64,000 nucleotides of DNA from positions 32,001-96,000 of the IMG/VR virus record IMGVR_UViG_3300031251_000003; one strand, given 5' to 3'. The notes under the pieces were generated by a model, which searched no databases, was not told the DNA's origin, and worked only from the letters and a program-made list of their open reading frames with translations. A program made the position numbers and the translations under genes. Shown piece after piece: positions 1 to 9,747 of this stretch (positions are counted from its first letter, which is position 1; each line of letters starts with the position of its first letter). Source of the stretch: a virus.

Positions 1-2
1 AT

Positions 3-3000
3 AGTGAAGCACGCTTTGCATGGGGGCATGGTTATGAAAATGGTTATGAGCTTTATGGTCATCACAGTACTCCCGATGTAAACGCTCATGCTGAAGCAGC
101 CCTAGCTTACTTCATCAATAGTTTTCAGCAAGAGACTAGCAAGACGGCTGGTGAGTATACTCCCATGGTCAAGGGTATCCGTGGTCGATGGATCTTACTC
201 CACGATGGAACTGTGTTGAGTGACGATGATCCAGGGACGATACACGCTCAGATTCTATTAGACAATGGAGCAACACCGGATCAGATAAAGGATATTGGAT
301 TCGATGATGTCAGTCTGCGGAAGTACATTGATAACTATTACACATTCTATAACAATGTAAAGCAGGATCAAGAGCGCCAGCGTAATAGCTCAACTGATCA
401 GTGGGACAACATCCAGCCTGTCGATGATTCTTGTTACCTCGTTGCTGCTGATCTCTCTCATGAGTACCCAGAATTGCATTATGAAGCTGGTCAATATGGT
501 GATCAGGGCGAACATGCGTGGCTACGAATGGATGATGGAACAATCATTGATCCTACTCACGGTCAGTATGATGAGAGCAAGCCGATGAATATTGTCAAGC
601 CCAATGATCCAGCCCAGAAACTGTATAAGTCGTGGGCTACTAATCCTAACATGACTACTGATTGGAATAATTACCCAGAAGAGTTTATGGATGATCCCGA
701 TGATCCATTACACTGGTTATTTAGAGGAAAGCCAGGTCATCCTCATTCTGGCCCCGATGAGTTTGATGGAGCAATGGCTCCCAAGACGGCAGGCTGGGAA
801 CAACAGCAGCTTAACCCCGACGCTCAGTATATATGGGTAAGAGGTAATAAAACCACAGTAGCGGCACCAACATGGTACTCTCATGGCTCATTGATCCAGT
901 GGCTTCGAGATCATAATGAAGAACCATTATCCACGGGCAATATGTCATTGGGTAAGGACTTACCCGCTAATACTGTCGTGCTTCTATGGGAGGATGATGA
1001 GACAGGTGATAAATACTCAAAGGCAAGCTCAACTGTCACGGTACGAGATGATCCTCATCCCAAGAGCTTTATCTGGACATACGATGTGAACAAGGATCAT
1101 TTCACGGTAGGCAATCGTGACTGGTATCACACACGCTACTGGCCATCTACTGATGGTGGTGTAGTGTGCGGTGGTGTGAATCCCGATGGAGTGTGGAGCT
1201 ATGATGACTCCACCAATAAGACTACACCATCCGAAGCGAAAGCATTGATGCAGAATCTATTGGATCAAGGACTTCAAGAACAACTAACCAACAAAACGAG
1301 CGCTGTGGTTCCCAATCCTACAGAACCGTGGAATGATCCAGCATGGTTGAAGCAATGGCAGGATAGAGAGGACGAAGGAGGATTCTATGGTGATCATCGT
1401 GAGATCGCTAATCCTTATATCCCGTTCTTGGTCATGGAAGATGGCAGAACCTGGATAGGCTGGGACTATGCTTCACATGCATATGAATGGATGGTCGATG
1501 AAGCAGAAGAAGAGTTGAATATTGATTACAATGCAATGAAGGATTCACAAGGATCTATCAACTTCGCGGATCAAGAGTATGAAGTTCACTGGCCCAATCA
1601 TGGATTGCATAGAGAGCTAGAACAACAGATCGTAACCGAGATAGTCAATGATGTAGAGGATGAACGCAAGCGGGCATTCGAACGGGGTAGATTGGATGAC
1701 AAGACAGCATGGGTAAAGACGGCGACACGAGTGGACGTATCTAATCCCGAGGATCTAACACAATGGCGCTGTGGTTTATGGGTATACGATGAGAAACAGG
1801 ATCACTTGGTCTTGGCCCCGTATTTCTCACACTATCCGTTTCATGCCAAGCTGATCCGAGACTACATGTGGGACTTCGAACCCAATGATCGAGACTATGA
1901 GGCTCTAGTAGCTGGACAATGGTGGCTCAGAAACAACGACTTGGTTGTGGCCGAAATATACCCGGATGATAATGAAATTGAAGGGCCAATGAAAGATATG
2001 ATCGAGGGCTACATTAGTGAACATCTACAGACAGAGACAACGGCTGGATTGAATGGTGATCTACCCGACAACCTGCGGAACATTCCTTTAACAGAGAACG
2101 AAGGATGGTGGGGAACATACATCACCGATGTACCCGTGAGTACCGATAGACTGAGTAGAGATGTACTAACGACTTCCCCCACTCCACTCTCCAGACGTGA
2201 TGAGCAACTGACTCACAGGAATTCGGCATATATAAACACACATGAAAGTCAAGGCTTGACATACACTTCAAGTTATGCATCGGATCCAACAACCCCGCAT
2301 GAATACACAAGTAATATAACATCTGCCCTAGGGCTAGACACCATGCGGCACACTAACACCCCTATAGGCAAGTACCCCCACCAAGGTTGCCCCTCTAGGG
2401 TACCCCCGTGGCATAAAAGAGAGTACCTTTCCGCAAATGGAGAGGTTCCAGAGGTCGAGGACACAGGGGCAAGAACCGCAAGTGATACCCCTTGGTGGGT
2501 AGTGGCAGAGCCAGGGGAGGAACCGAACCAAATAGCATGGGTGGCGGATCTGAACACAAGAACGGTCTATGTAGGCGAATGGCATGGAGAGATCTTCAAG
2601 TCCCTCATGGGCCTCAACTACGATCACACAACGGATGAACAAGCGGAAGAAACACCCAATCTTGCCACGGGAAGAAGCTGGACACAGTTCTACGGAACCG
2701 AAATGAGCAGGGAACAAATAAAAGAGATGCTTCAAGCCATCCACGATTACTACGAACAAAGAGCCTACCATTTTTCTACAGATATTTTCCCCAGGGTTGA
2801 GGACATCCAGGCTTCCCCTAACAGCAAGTTAACGGCTCTATTCGAGGATATCAACGGTACGACGGCCTTTGCATGGAGTCCCGAACAACTCATTCAGGGC
2901 CACAATCATCGTTTCATTATCATGAAGATCCGAGATCAGGGGCTGGATCCCAATGACTTCACCTACGGATGGAAGAATGGAGATCACTTCTATATCCATT

Positions 3001-6000
3001 CATGGGATCATCAGGACTTCCAGGCCGAACATCAGATACTTGAGTGCAAGAAGGCTTTAGAGGCGATGGGACTCCACGATGAGGATGGGCCTTCCTTCCA
3101 GGACACTGGTAAGGTCACCGGTACACTTGAGCAACAGATTCACCCAGGTTGGGGAGGACAATCGCTTATCTATTTCCGGGGAAAACAGTATAGCGCCCCG
3201 ACTCATGCCCAGAATTTCAGAAAGCTTATTGGCGATGGAGCCTCATCGGAAGAGATCCTCCATGAAGGTATCCCCGGTGCCCGTTACTTGGATCCAGGTG
3301 CACAGAGACGTATAGGGAAAGTGGCGGCAATAAACGAAATTCCAGTAGAAACAGCGGGGATGCATCCATGGGGAGATGAACCCTTTATCTACTATGCACC
3401 GACCAATACTGTGTATGTTGCAACAAAATCGGGAAGGCATGGAGACATCATGCGCTGGATACAGGATCACGACCCGGAAACGTTCGCCCTGATTACCGAT
3501 AGGAGCACGGGATTGGACGCTTTCAAGAATATCTTCTATGGAGAATTCGTTCCTTTACATGAATGGAGGGGAGAAGTGGAGTCCGGGGAGATAGATTACT
3601 TCACCGCGAGCGGTTCAAGGTTGACATCCGATGAGGTACCGGAGGAACTCAAGCAATGGGCCGAAGCCCGTTGGGGCAATGTCACATCCAAAGTAATAGA
3701 GTCTCATCCGAGTCTCCATATCGTGGACGTAGATAACTACAGTAGTAGGATTGAAGGGCTTGAGCGTCCTGTATTACAACGGGAAGGCGATTCTAATCTC
3801 TATGTTGGACTGTATGGTGGAGGGCATTGGGATCTAGCTAGTGTCGCTGGTATTCCTTTTGATAATATTTTAACACAAGGATGGATCGATGAAAGTGGAG
3901 AGTTTAACGCTTATTCGATAACCACAGAGGCTTACGATACACTGGAAAATGCAGGATATAACCCAGTCAGTAAAAATTGGGAAAGAACAATCGAAGATAA
4001 AGTAGAGTCTCATTTATCGGGTATCCAACTCACCCAACCCAATGAACCAAGGGATATTGATAATCCCGGTGTTAGGTGGATAAAGACCCAGGATGGAACC
4101 TACTACACCGATGAAGAGGAACCGGTCATGACTCATGCCCATCTAGTTCACCGCTACAAGATTCCCTTGGATAAGATAGTCGATGTAGGCGTGGACGATG
4201 ATAGCCTCTGGAAATACTATAGCGGTTGGTATCAGAACCATCTACCCACAGACTTTATAGAGTCTCATAAAACAGCTACTCAACTAATACCCATTGATTT
4301 GGACGATTCATCTTGGCATTCCGAACCCGCTTGGATCTATGATCCTAATAAGGATCTTCTTTACGTTTCTACCGGAGCCAGTCACCACGCAAGACTTTTC
4401 CATAGTATCCTTGGAGATGACTACGGAGACACAGATGCGATGAAGACCGGTTGGATCGATCTGGATAACAACTATGTAGCCTTTGTTGACGAGGATGAAG
4501 AATCGGCATTCGCGAACAATATCACGGCCATATTCTCTCGTTATTACGATAGGGAAATGAAGCCCATTGATGGAAATACTTGGATGGCCAAGTATGGATC
4601 AATAGAGTCTCATAAACAGGGTGCCAACATAGGGGAACCTGACCCGAACAATCAAGGGAAGTTCATGGAAGGCAGTCAGCCATTTATTTACTACAATGGC
4701 GATTTCTATTGGGGTAAGGGCGCTGAACACCATCCCGATATTCTACGAACTAACATGCTTTATGGTAAGACTCCATTATTAGCTGGTTGGGTTAACTTTC
4801 GCAAGAAAGAAATCGGTCTATGGTCGGGGAACGTTACACAGGATCGTACCATCGAAGATGAGGTAGCCCGACAACTACAAGAGCAGTTCCCGGATTTCGC
4901 TATAGATAAAGGCTTTCGTTTAGGGGCGGTAACCTCTTGGAAGATCGAGGTTCTCCCCGAATCGACTGGACGGAGAATAGATGACAGAGTAGCCTGGGTA
5001 GCAGATCAGGATTCTCATACAATCTATATCGGGGATGGTTGGTTCCATGGAGATATCTTCAAGCAGATTGGAGAATTAAATGTTGATCATGCCGGAGATT
5101 TACATTGGAGACAAGACAAAACATCAGCATTATTGGCAGGAAGTATCTGGAAGAATAACATCTTACTCTACGGAAAATCGGGTGAATGGAACCCGTCTGA
5201 TGAGGCAGAAGTCTACGACACTATAAAGGACTGGTATCGGGAAGAAAGGAGCGAAGATGTGTCCACCCATCAGCTTCCAAATGTCCACGCAATGTACCAA
5301 CAAAGTCGAGTGATGGATATCGATGATCCGATCAACGGTAGACCACAAGAAAAGCCCTTCAGTTTCATCTACTACAACGGCGATGTATTCGTTGGATACC
5401 TCCACACTCACCCGATGCTTGTCTCCGATATGGCGGGTATGGGAATTAAGATATTAGATAAAGCCAACACAGCGGCGGGTTGGGTAGATACAGCTAATCG
5501 AGTAGGTATGTTCTACTCCTTTGAACAGCAATGGCTAAATCGTAGTAGTGAAGAAATCCAGCAGATTCAAGCCAACGAAGAAGATGCCAAGAGGCAGTTG
5601 GAGTCATGGGTACCGGGATTGGAATGGGTAAACCCCAATGATTATCTCAGACGAACCACAGCAACAGAGTGGAACTACCAGAGTGCTTTCTGGTATAGCC
5701 CTAGAACGGGACTACTCACAGGTAAAGCTGCCCACTGGCAGCTAATCGGGGATGCTCTAGCTAATCTCCCCTACGAAGAACGAGAAACTATAATGCAGCA
5801 TTCTTACTTGGGTTGGATCTTCGAGTCCGAGGGAGGCAAAGAGAAGGTAGCCGTTCCTGCATCAGTGGAACACAACCTTGACCCTACTCTTGAAGAAGAG
5901 GCTAGAGAGGCTTTGAAACAAGAGGGAATCACCCTAGGTGATCCACAACCGGGGATGTTCCAGTTCGATAGCGAAGATTATCCCGCTGAAGACTATCATC

Positions 6001-6386
6001 TTGGACGTTTAGCAACTGAAGTAGTCGATATTCCCGAAGTTGAAGAGGAAGACTATCAAGAAAGAACCCGTAGGAAGCCTTTTGTCTACAGTCCGAGGGA
6101 AGATAAGCTCTATATTGGCCCTTATGGGAGTCATCATGTGGAATTAATCTGGAAAGCATTCGGAATGAATGATGATCCTTCGACCCCTGGTTTCGACGCC
6201 AGAGAGGAAATAGCGATGAATATCGAGGACGATCCGGGCAATCTTGGGGTTATTTTGGTAGATCAGGTCACAAATGCACCATATTTAGTACATTGTTTCG
6301 GTGATCCGAGCGATAAATGCCTCGAAGCCTTGCGTTCTACCTTCCCCGGTGTTAGAATAGAAGACGAGAACTGTGAGGTTATCTAA
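3..6386 (+). CDS. Giant modular protein (>2127 aa, 5'-truncated) with ~17 His-module repeats and one papain/transglutaminase-like domain; putative virion-internal polyprotein
   Basis: Frame is open from nt 3 (SEARFAWGHG...SKTAGEYTP) into the tracked ATG at 165. Recurring pattern [FW]-[IV]-Y/W...[LI]Y[VI]G...H..[LI]...G[WY][IV]; modules separated by KTA/KVA/RTA-like linkers. Confidence 0.8.
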   Translation, partial: SEARFAWGHGYENGYELYGHHSTPDVNAHAEAALAYFINSFQQETSKTAGEYTPMVKGIRGRWILLHDGTVLSDDDPGTIHAQILLDNGATPDQIKDIGFDDVSLRKYIDNYYTFYNNVKQDQERQRNSSTDQWDNIQPVDDSCYLVAADLSHEYPELHYEAGQYGDQGEHAWLRMDDGTIIDPTHGQYDESKPMNIVKPNDPAQKLYKSWATNPNMTTDWNNYPEEFMDDPDDPLHWLFRGKPGHPHSGPDEFDGAMAPKTAGWEQQQLNPDAQYIWVRGNKTTVAAPTWYSHGSLIQWLRDHNEEPLSTGNMSLGKDLPANTVVLLWEDDETGDKYSKASSTVTVRDDPHPKSFIWTYDVNKDHFTVGNRDWYHTRYWPSTDGGVVCGGVNPDGVWSYDDSTNKTTPSEAKALMQNLLDQGLQEQLTNKTSAVVPNPTEPWNDPAWLKQWQDREDEGGFYGDHREIANPYIPFLVMEDGRTWIGWDYASHAYEWMVDEAEEELNIDYNAMKDSQGSINFADQEYEVHWPNHGLHRELEQQIVTEIVNDVEDERKRAFERGRLDDKTAWVKTATRVDVSNPEDLTQWRCGLWVYDEKQDHLVLAPYFSHYPFHAKLIRDYMWDFEPNDRDYEALVAGQWWLRNNDLVVAEIYPDDNEIEGPMKDMIEGYISEHLQTETTAGLNGDLPDNLRNIPLTENEGWWGTYITDVPVSTDRLSRDVLTTSPTPLSRRDEQLTHRNSAYINTHESQGLTYTSSYASDPTTPHEYTSNITSALGLDTMRHTNTPIGKYPHQGCPSRVPPWHKREYLSANGEVPEVEDTGARTASDTPWWVVAEPGEEPNQIAWVADLNTRTVYVGEWHGEIFKSLMGLNYDHTTDEQAEETPNLATGRSWTQFYGTEMSREQIKEMLQAIHDYYEQRAYHFSTDIFPRVEDIQASPNSKLTALFEDINGTTAFAWSPEQLIQGHNHRFIIMKIRDQGLDPNDFTYGWKNGDHFYIHSWDHQDFQAEHQILECKKALEAMGLHDEDGPSFQDTGKVTGTLEQQIHPGWGGQSLIYFRGKQYSAPTHAQNFRKLIGDGASSEEILHEGIPGARYLDPGAQRRIGKVAAINEIPVETAGMHPWGDEPFIYYAPTNTVYVATKSGRHGDIMRWIQDHDPETFALITDRSTGLDAFKNIFYGEFVPLHEWRGEVESGEIDYFTASGSRLTSDEVPEELKQWAEARWGNVTSKVIESHPSLHIVDVDNYSSRIEGLERPVLQREGDSNLYVGLYGGGHWDLASVAGIPFDNILTQGWIDESGEFNAYSITTEAYDTLENAGYNPVSKNWERTIEDKVESHLSGIQLTQPNEPRDIDNPGVRWIKTQDGTYYTDEEEPVMTHAHLVHRYKIPLDKIVDVGVDDDSLWKYYSGWYQNHLPTDFIESHKTATQLIPIDLDDSSWHSEPAWIYDPNKDLLYVSTGASHHARLFHSILGDDYGDTDAMKTGWIDLDNNYVAFVDEDEESAFANNITAIFSRYYDREMKPIDGNTWMAKYGSIESHKQGANIGEPDPNNQGKFMEGSQPFIYYNGDFYWGKGAEHHPDILRTNMLYGKTPLLAGWVNFRKKEIGLWSGNVTQDRTIEDEVARQLQEQFPDFAIDKGFRLGAVTSWKIEVLPESTGRRIDDRVAWVADQDSHTIYIGDGWFHGDIFKQIGELNVDHAGDLHWRQDKTSALLAGSIWKNNILLYGKSGEWNPSDEAEVYDTIKDWYREERSEDVSTHQLPNVHAMYQQSRVMDIDDPINGRPQEKPFSFIYYNGDVFVGYLHTHPMLVSDMAGMGIKILDKANTAAGWVDTANRVGMFYSFEQQWLNRSSEEIQQIQANEEDAKRQLESWVPGLEWVNPNDYLRRTTATEWNYQSAFWYSPRTGLLTGKAAHWQLIGDALANLPYEERETIMQHSYLGWIFESEGGKEKVAVPASVEHNLDPTLEEEAREALKQEGITLGDPQPGMFQFDSEDYPAEDYHLGRLATEVVDIPEVEEEDYQERTRRKPFVYSPREDKLYIGPYGSHHVELIWKAFGMNDDPSTPGFDAREEIAMNIEDDPGNLGVILVDQVTNAPYLVHCFGDPSDKCLEALRSTFPGVRIEDENCEVI
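3697..4613 (+). repeat. Four exact copies of TAGAGTCTCAT (3697, 4003, 4258, 4603)
   Basis: Read directly. All are in frame (encode I/V-E-S-H); spacings 306, 255 and 345 nt. Confidence 0.9.
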
Positions 6387-8233
6387 TGTTGACGACACGT
6401 AGGCCAGTAATCCCACCTAAAGGCGGTGTAGCTTATTGCTACCTCGATGGGAACATTTACTATGAGACAGAAGGATCTCATATGGAACTCGTACGACAGA
6501 TGCTTGACCAGGGGATTCCTAGATCAGCACTCGATGCATACGATCCGGGGTACAGCGCCATCTTTGGTTATATCTGGAATACAAGTGATACAGAAGAACC
6601 AAAATATGTAAATGATCAATACTCTGATATCTACTCTAACACGAAGGATCCACAGAAGACAGCGGAACTGAATTCTAAGTTACGTGCTTTATTTCCAGAC
6701 ATCACAACAGACACCAGTGGCCCTTACTTCGAGCCAGTAAAATGGACATTGAGCCACATTTCTGATACAATAGATCCAATGTCCGATATGACACCTATTG
6801 AGACGGCTATCCAAGGAGAACCTGCGGCTTCCATGGCTATTCGTGCGCTGAATCAAGCAGGCGGACGGGTATTTGTCGTTGGTGGTGCAGTTCGCGATGC
6901 CATCCTGGGTCACGCACCCAAGGACGTAGATCTCATGGTTCAAGGTCTGGATGGCGATGCTATCGAGAATGCGCTTAAGGGTCTGGGTAGACTGGACTTT
7001 ACGGGCAAGCAGTTCGGTGTGTATCGCTTCAAGAGTGGAACCTCTGAGGTAGAGATTGCTCTGCCCAGGACTGAGGTTTCTACTGGCCCTGGCCACCAGG
7101 ATTTTCAGGTTACCACAGATCCTAACTTGGATCCCGAGCAGGATCTGGCCAGGAGAGATTTCACCGGTAACGCTATGGCATATGAGCCTGCAACCGGTCA
7201 ACTCATCGACCCTTACGGCGGTGCAGAGGATCTTAAGAATGGTACTTTGTCACTTGTAAATGACAAGGCATTCGAGGATGACCCTCTCCGTGTCGTTCGT
7301 GCATTGGTTGCTAATGCGCGGTTCGGCCTTGAGCCGGATGAGCAGCTTAAGCAATCACTGGCCGATAACGCTCAGAAGATCAAGCATCTTCCGGGTGAGA
7401 GAATTCAGGCAGAGCTTGATAAGCTCCTGTCTGCCCCTGACCCTGCTAAGACGATCAGCCTTGCGGAGCAGAGTGGTCTGATCCCGTATCTGTTCCCTGA
7501 GCTAGAGGCGGCTGTTGGATTCGATCAGCACAATCCTCACCACGATATGAACGTCTTCGATCACACTTTGTCGGTGCTGAAGAAGATGTCTACACTTAGC
7601 AACGATCCTGATATGAGACTCGCTGCGCTGTTCCACGACTCCGGTAAGCCCGAGTCGTACTGGAATGACGAAAATCACGGTGGCAACGGTGGTGGCCACT
7701 TCTACAAGAAGGTACTCCACGACGGAACTGTCATTGGTGCCGACCACGAGGATGTGGGCGCACGTAACGTTCGGGCATTCATGACGAGGATGCGTTACCC
7801 TAAGGATCGTATCGACCGTGTAGAGAAGCTGATCAAGTTCCATATGTGGAACTACTTCAACTCCGAGAAGGGAGCGAGGAAGTTCCTCCGTGCTCTGGAC
7901 GGCGATACCAAGATGGCCTTTGATCTTCTGGCTATCCGCGAAGCCGATTCAAGTGGTAAAAGAGACGGAGAGCCGAACAACTACGATAGAGAGATGATCG
8001 ACAAGGATCGTCAACTACTCCAAGATGTAATTGCTGGTCATGATGCCGGTGAACAGCACGCATTCACGATTAAAGATCTGGCCGTCAATGGTCACGATCT
8101 GATCTCTCTTGGTCTAAAAGGCCCGGAAATTGGTAAAACTCTGAACTATCTGCTCGATCTGGTCATTGATCATCCTGCTCTGAATGAGAAGGAAACACTC
8201 ATGAAAGTAGTCGATGAGGGTGTCCGGGTATAA
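6386..8233 (+). CDS. cca: CCA-adding tRNA nucleotidyltransferase with HD domain and an extra N-terminal His module
   Basis: VGGAVRD...DVD, DLARRDFTGNAMA, EDDPLRVVR, ERIQAELDK, HH..DHT...LFHDSGK (HD), C-terminal LAVNGHDL...GPEIG. Confidence 0.93.
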   Translation: MLTTRRPVIPPKGGVAYCYLDGNIYYETEGSHMELVRQMLDQGIPRSALDAYDPGYSAIFGYIWNTSDTEEPKYVNDQYSDIYSNTKDPQKTAELNSKLRALFPDITTDTSGPYFEPVKWTLSHISDTIDPMSDMTPIETAIQGEPAASMAIRALNQAGGRVFVVGGAVRDAILGHAPKDVDLMVQGLDGDAIENALKGLGRLDFTGKQFGVYRFKSGTSEVEIALPRTEVSTGPGHQDFQVTTDPNLDPEQDLARRDFTGNAMAYEPATGQLIDPYGGAEDLKNGTLSLVNDKAFEDDPLRVVRALVANARFGLEPDEQLKQSLADNAQKIKHLPGERIQAELDKLLSAPDPAKTISLAEQSGLIPYLFPELEAAVGFDQHNPHHDMNVFDHTLSVLKKMSTLSNDPDMRLAALFHDSGKPESYWNDENHGGNGGGHFYKKVLHDGTVIGADHEDVGARNVRAFMTRMRYPKDRIDRVEKLIKFHMWNYFNSEKGARKFLRALDGDTKMAFDLLAIREADSSGKRDGEPNNYDREMIDKDRQLLQDVIAGHDAGEQHAFTIKDLAVNGHDLISLGLKGPEIGKTLNYLLDLVIDHPALNEKETLMKVVDEGVRV

Positions 8234-8417
8234 TATACACGACATTTTAGTTCGCCGTGGTGCTCACTTTGCAAATCCAGAGGACTGGTGGTATTGGGCC
8301 GGATGGCTCGATGTTCTCTATGGTAAATGTACAATCAATTACCCAAAGCAACTATCCTACGCCAGGGCATATGAAATGGGTATGGCTGATGCTAAAGGTG
8401 AATTATGTATAACTTAG
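8214..8417 (+). CDS. Small Y..GW.D / MGxxDAKG family protein (Rmf-like)
   Basis: DWWYWAGWLD...AYEMGMADAKGE; paralogous to neighbours. Confidence 0.7.
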   Translation: MRVSGYNIHDILVRRGAHFANPEDWWYWAGWLDVLYGKCTINYPKQLSYARAYEMGMADAKGELCIT

Positions 8418-8590
8418 ATCAAGTTTCCATGTTTAGACAACTTTACACAGGCCCAGACTTCTGGTATTGGACTGGTTGGATGGACTATATTAGTTATGGG
8501 AATGTTCATCGACCCAAAGAACCTGAGAATCTTACGGCTTATCTGATGGGATATGCCGACGCGAAGGGTGAAGACTATGGCTGCACCTAA
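8405..8590 (+). CDS. Small Rmf-like family paralogue
   Basis: DFWYWTGWMD...AYLMGYADAKGED. Confidence 0.7.
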   Translation: MYNLDQVSMFRQLYTGPDFWYWTGWMDYISYGNVHRPKEPENLTAYLMGYADAKGEDYGCT

Positions 8591-8846
8591 TCCATGGCGG
8601 AAGAGTCTCGAAGAGATTGGTCAACTTCAACCTATAACCACAAACAAAGACCCTAATCTGCTGAATGATTGGTGGTATTGGGAGGGGTGGAAAGATGTTC
8701 TTAACGGAAGGAAGGATTGGTTTACCAGTCCTCAGAACAAGGGGGACTATAAGGCTTACGATGATATCTTGGTTAGCTATCGATTAGGTCGCGCTGATGC
8801 TTCAAGAGACGAGCTATGTGAAGCAGACGATGCTAACTACACTTAA
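8553..8846 (+). CDS. Small Rmf-like family paralogue
   Basis: DWWYWEGWKD...SYRLGRADASRD. Confidence 0.7.
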   Translation: MPTRRVKTMAAPNPWRKSLEEIGQLQPITTNKDPNLLNDWWYWEGWKDVLNGRKDWFTSPQNKGDYKAYDDILVSYRLGRADASRDELCEADDANYT

Positions 8847-9067
8847 GGTCGAGGATCGACTAGATATGTCTTCATATATGCACCATGATCAAATCCATCA
8901 TCATACGCTTGCTGAAAGACATCCCACGGTGCTGGGAGTGCTCTCTTCACGAATCCTTCTTGACCGTCCGTGACTCCGTAGTTATACCATGTTGAAGGTA
9001 ATGGCATCGGTGTGTCGGCGGCGAATTCTAAGTCTGAAGTGTTCGGATCGAATAGAGGTTGTCCCAT
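8843..9067 (-). CDS. Small Rmf-like family paralogue, own late-type promoter
   Basis: WYNYGVTDGQEG...AYDDGFDHG; start lies within TAATAGATGATATGG. Confidence 0.65.
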   Translation of the reverse strand: MGQPLFDPNTSDLEFAADTPMPLPSTWYNYGVTDGQEGFVKRALPAPWDVFQQAYDDGFDHGAYMKTYLVDPRP

Positions 9068-9078
9068 ATCATCTATTA
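9064..9078 (-). promoter_or_regulatory. TAATAGATGA late-promoter-like motif
   Basis: 15-mer TAATAGATGATATGG is identical to 14622-14636. Confidence 0.55.
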
Positions 9079-9091
9079 GGGTGCGGTAGAG

Positions 9092-9526
9092 ATGCTTAAC
9101 ATGGAAACTCCCGAAGAAAGATATGACAGAATGACTCAGGGAATCGATTTTGACCCCGCAGATCCATCAAATGATGCTTTTTATGTTGGTGGGTATTACA
9201 TAGGATACCGAAGAACTGATTGGCATCCTTCATGGGATACGTCGCCATCTCTTCCCCAATATAGGGCTGCGTGGGAAATGGGGCAAGAAGACGGGAAGGG
9301 AGATAGGCAGCTTGCGGAAGAGGAAGAGTTGTGTTATACTGTGGAGAGATATGCAACGGATGACGAAATGAAGGAAGGTCTTCCTTTGGGGTACCATATC
9401 GTAGATTGGGGCACCGGTACACATGGACTCTACATGAATGGGTTCACAAACCCTAAAACCGGTTCGTCTCTAGCTGCTACTGGTGATAAAAATGCACTTG
9501 AAGCTCTGGTGAGGAAGTTTTCATGA
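9092..9526 (+). CDS. Rmf-like motif protein with C-terminal extension
   Basis: FYVGGYYIGY...AAWEMGQEDGKGDR. Confidence 0.7.
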   Translation: MLNMETPEERYDRMTQGIDFDPADPSNDAFYVGGYYIGYRRTDWHPSWDTSPSLPQYRAAWEMGQEDGKGDRQLAEEEELCYTVERYATDDEMKEGLPLGYHIVDWGTGTHGLYMNGFTNPKTGSSLAATGDKNALEALVRKFS

Positions 9527-9747
9527 GTAAGAATAAGAAATTAAAGAAAGCTCGCATCGAGGAAGCCAAGATCGTCATTGAATTACTCAATGAGATTAGA
9601 TACGATCTTTCTCGATGCAAAGGATATATCTCAGCCGTCGCTAAAGGACGGCAGGATGGTCACCATATCCTACTTGAAGATATACAGAGTGATATAGATT
9701 GCCTTTATGCGCTAAAAGAGCGGCTGCTAAGGGGTATTCGTGATTAA
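9523..9747 (+). CDS. Hypothetical helical protein
   Basis: ATGA overlap with upstream gene; part of a coupled gene chain. Confidence 0.6.
   Translation: MSKNKKLKKARIEEAKIVIELLNEIRYDLSRCKGYISAVAKGRQDGHHILLEDIQSDIDCLYALKERLLRGIRD

Noticed and set aside
165-167. ATG 165 as the true start of ORF1
   Set aside because: The frame is open upstream to the window edge and contains another linker (SKTA).
2248-2261. Divergent promoters at GTCAAGGCTTGACA
   Set aside because: Good -35 boxes but no -10 box at 16-18 nt spacing on either strand.
3697-4613. CRISPR array or DGR interpretation of the 11-bp repeats and module array
   Set aside because: Repeats are too short, spacers are 244-334 nt and coding; no cas or reverse transcriptase gene and no near-identical TR/VR pair seen.
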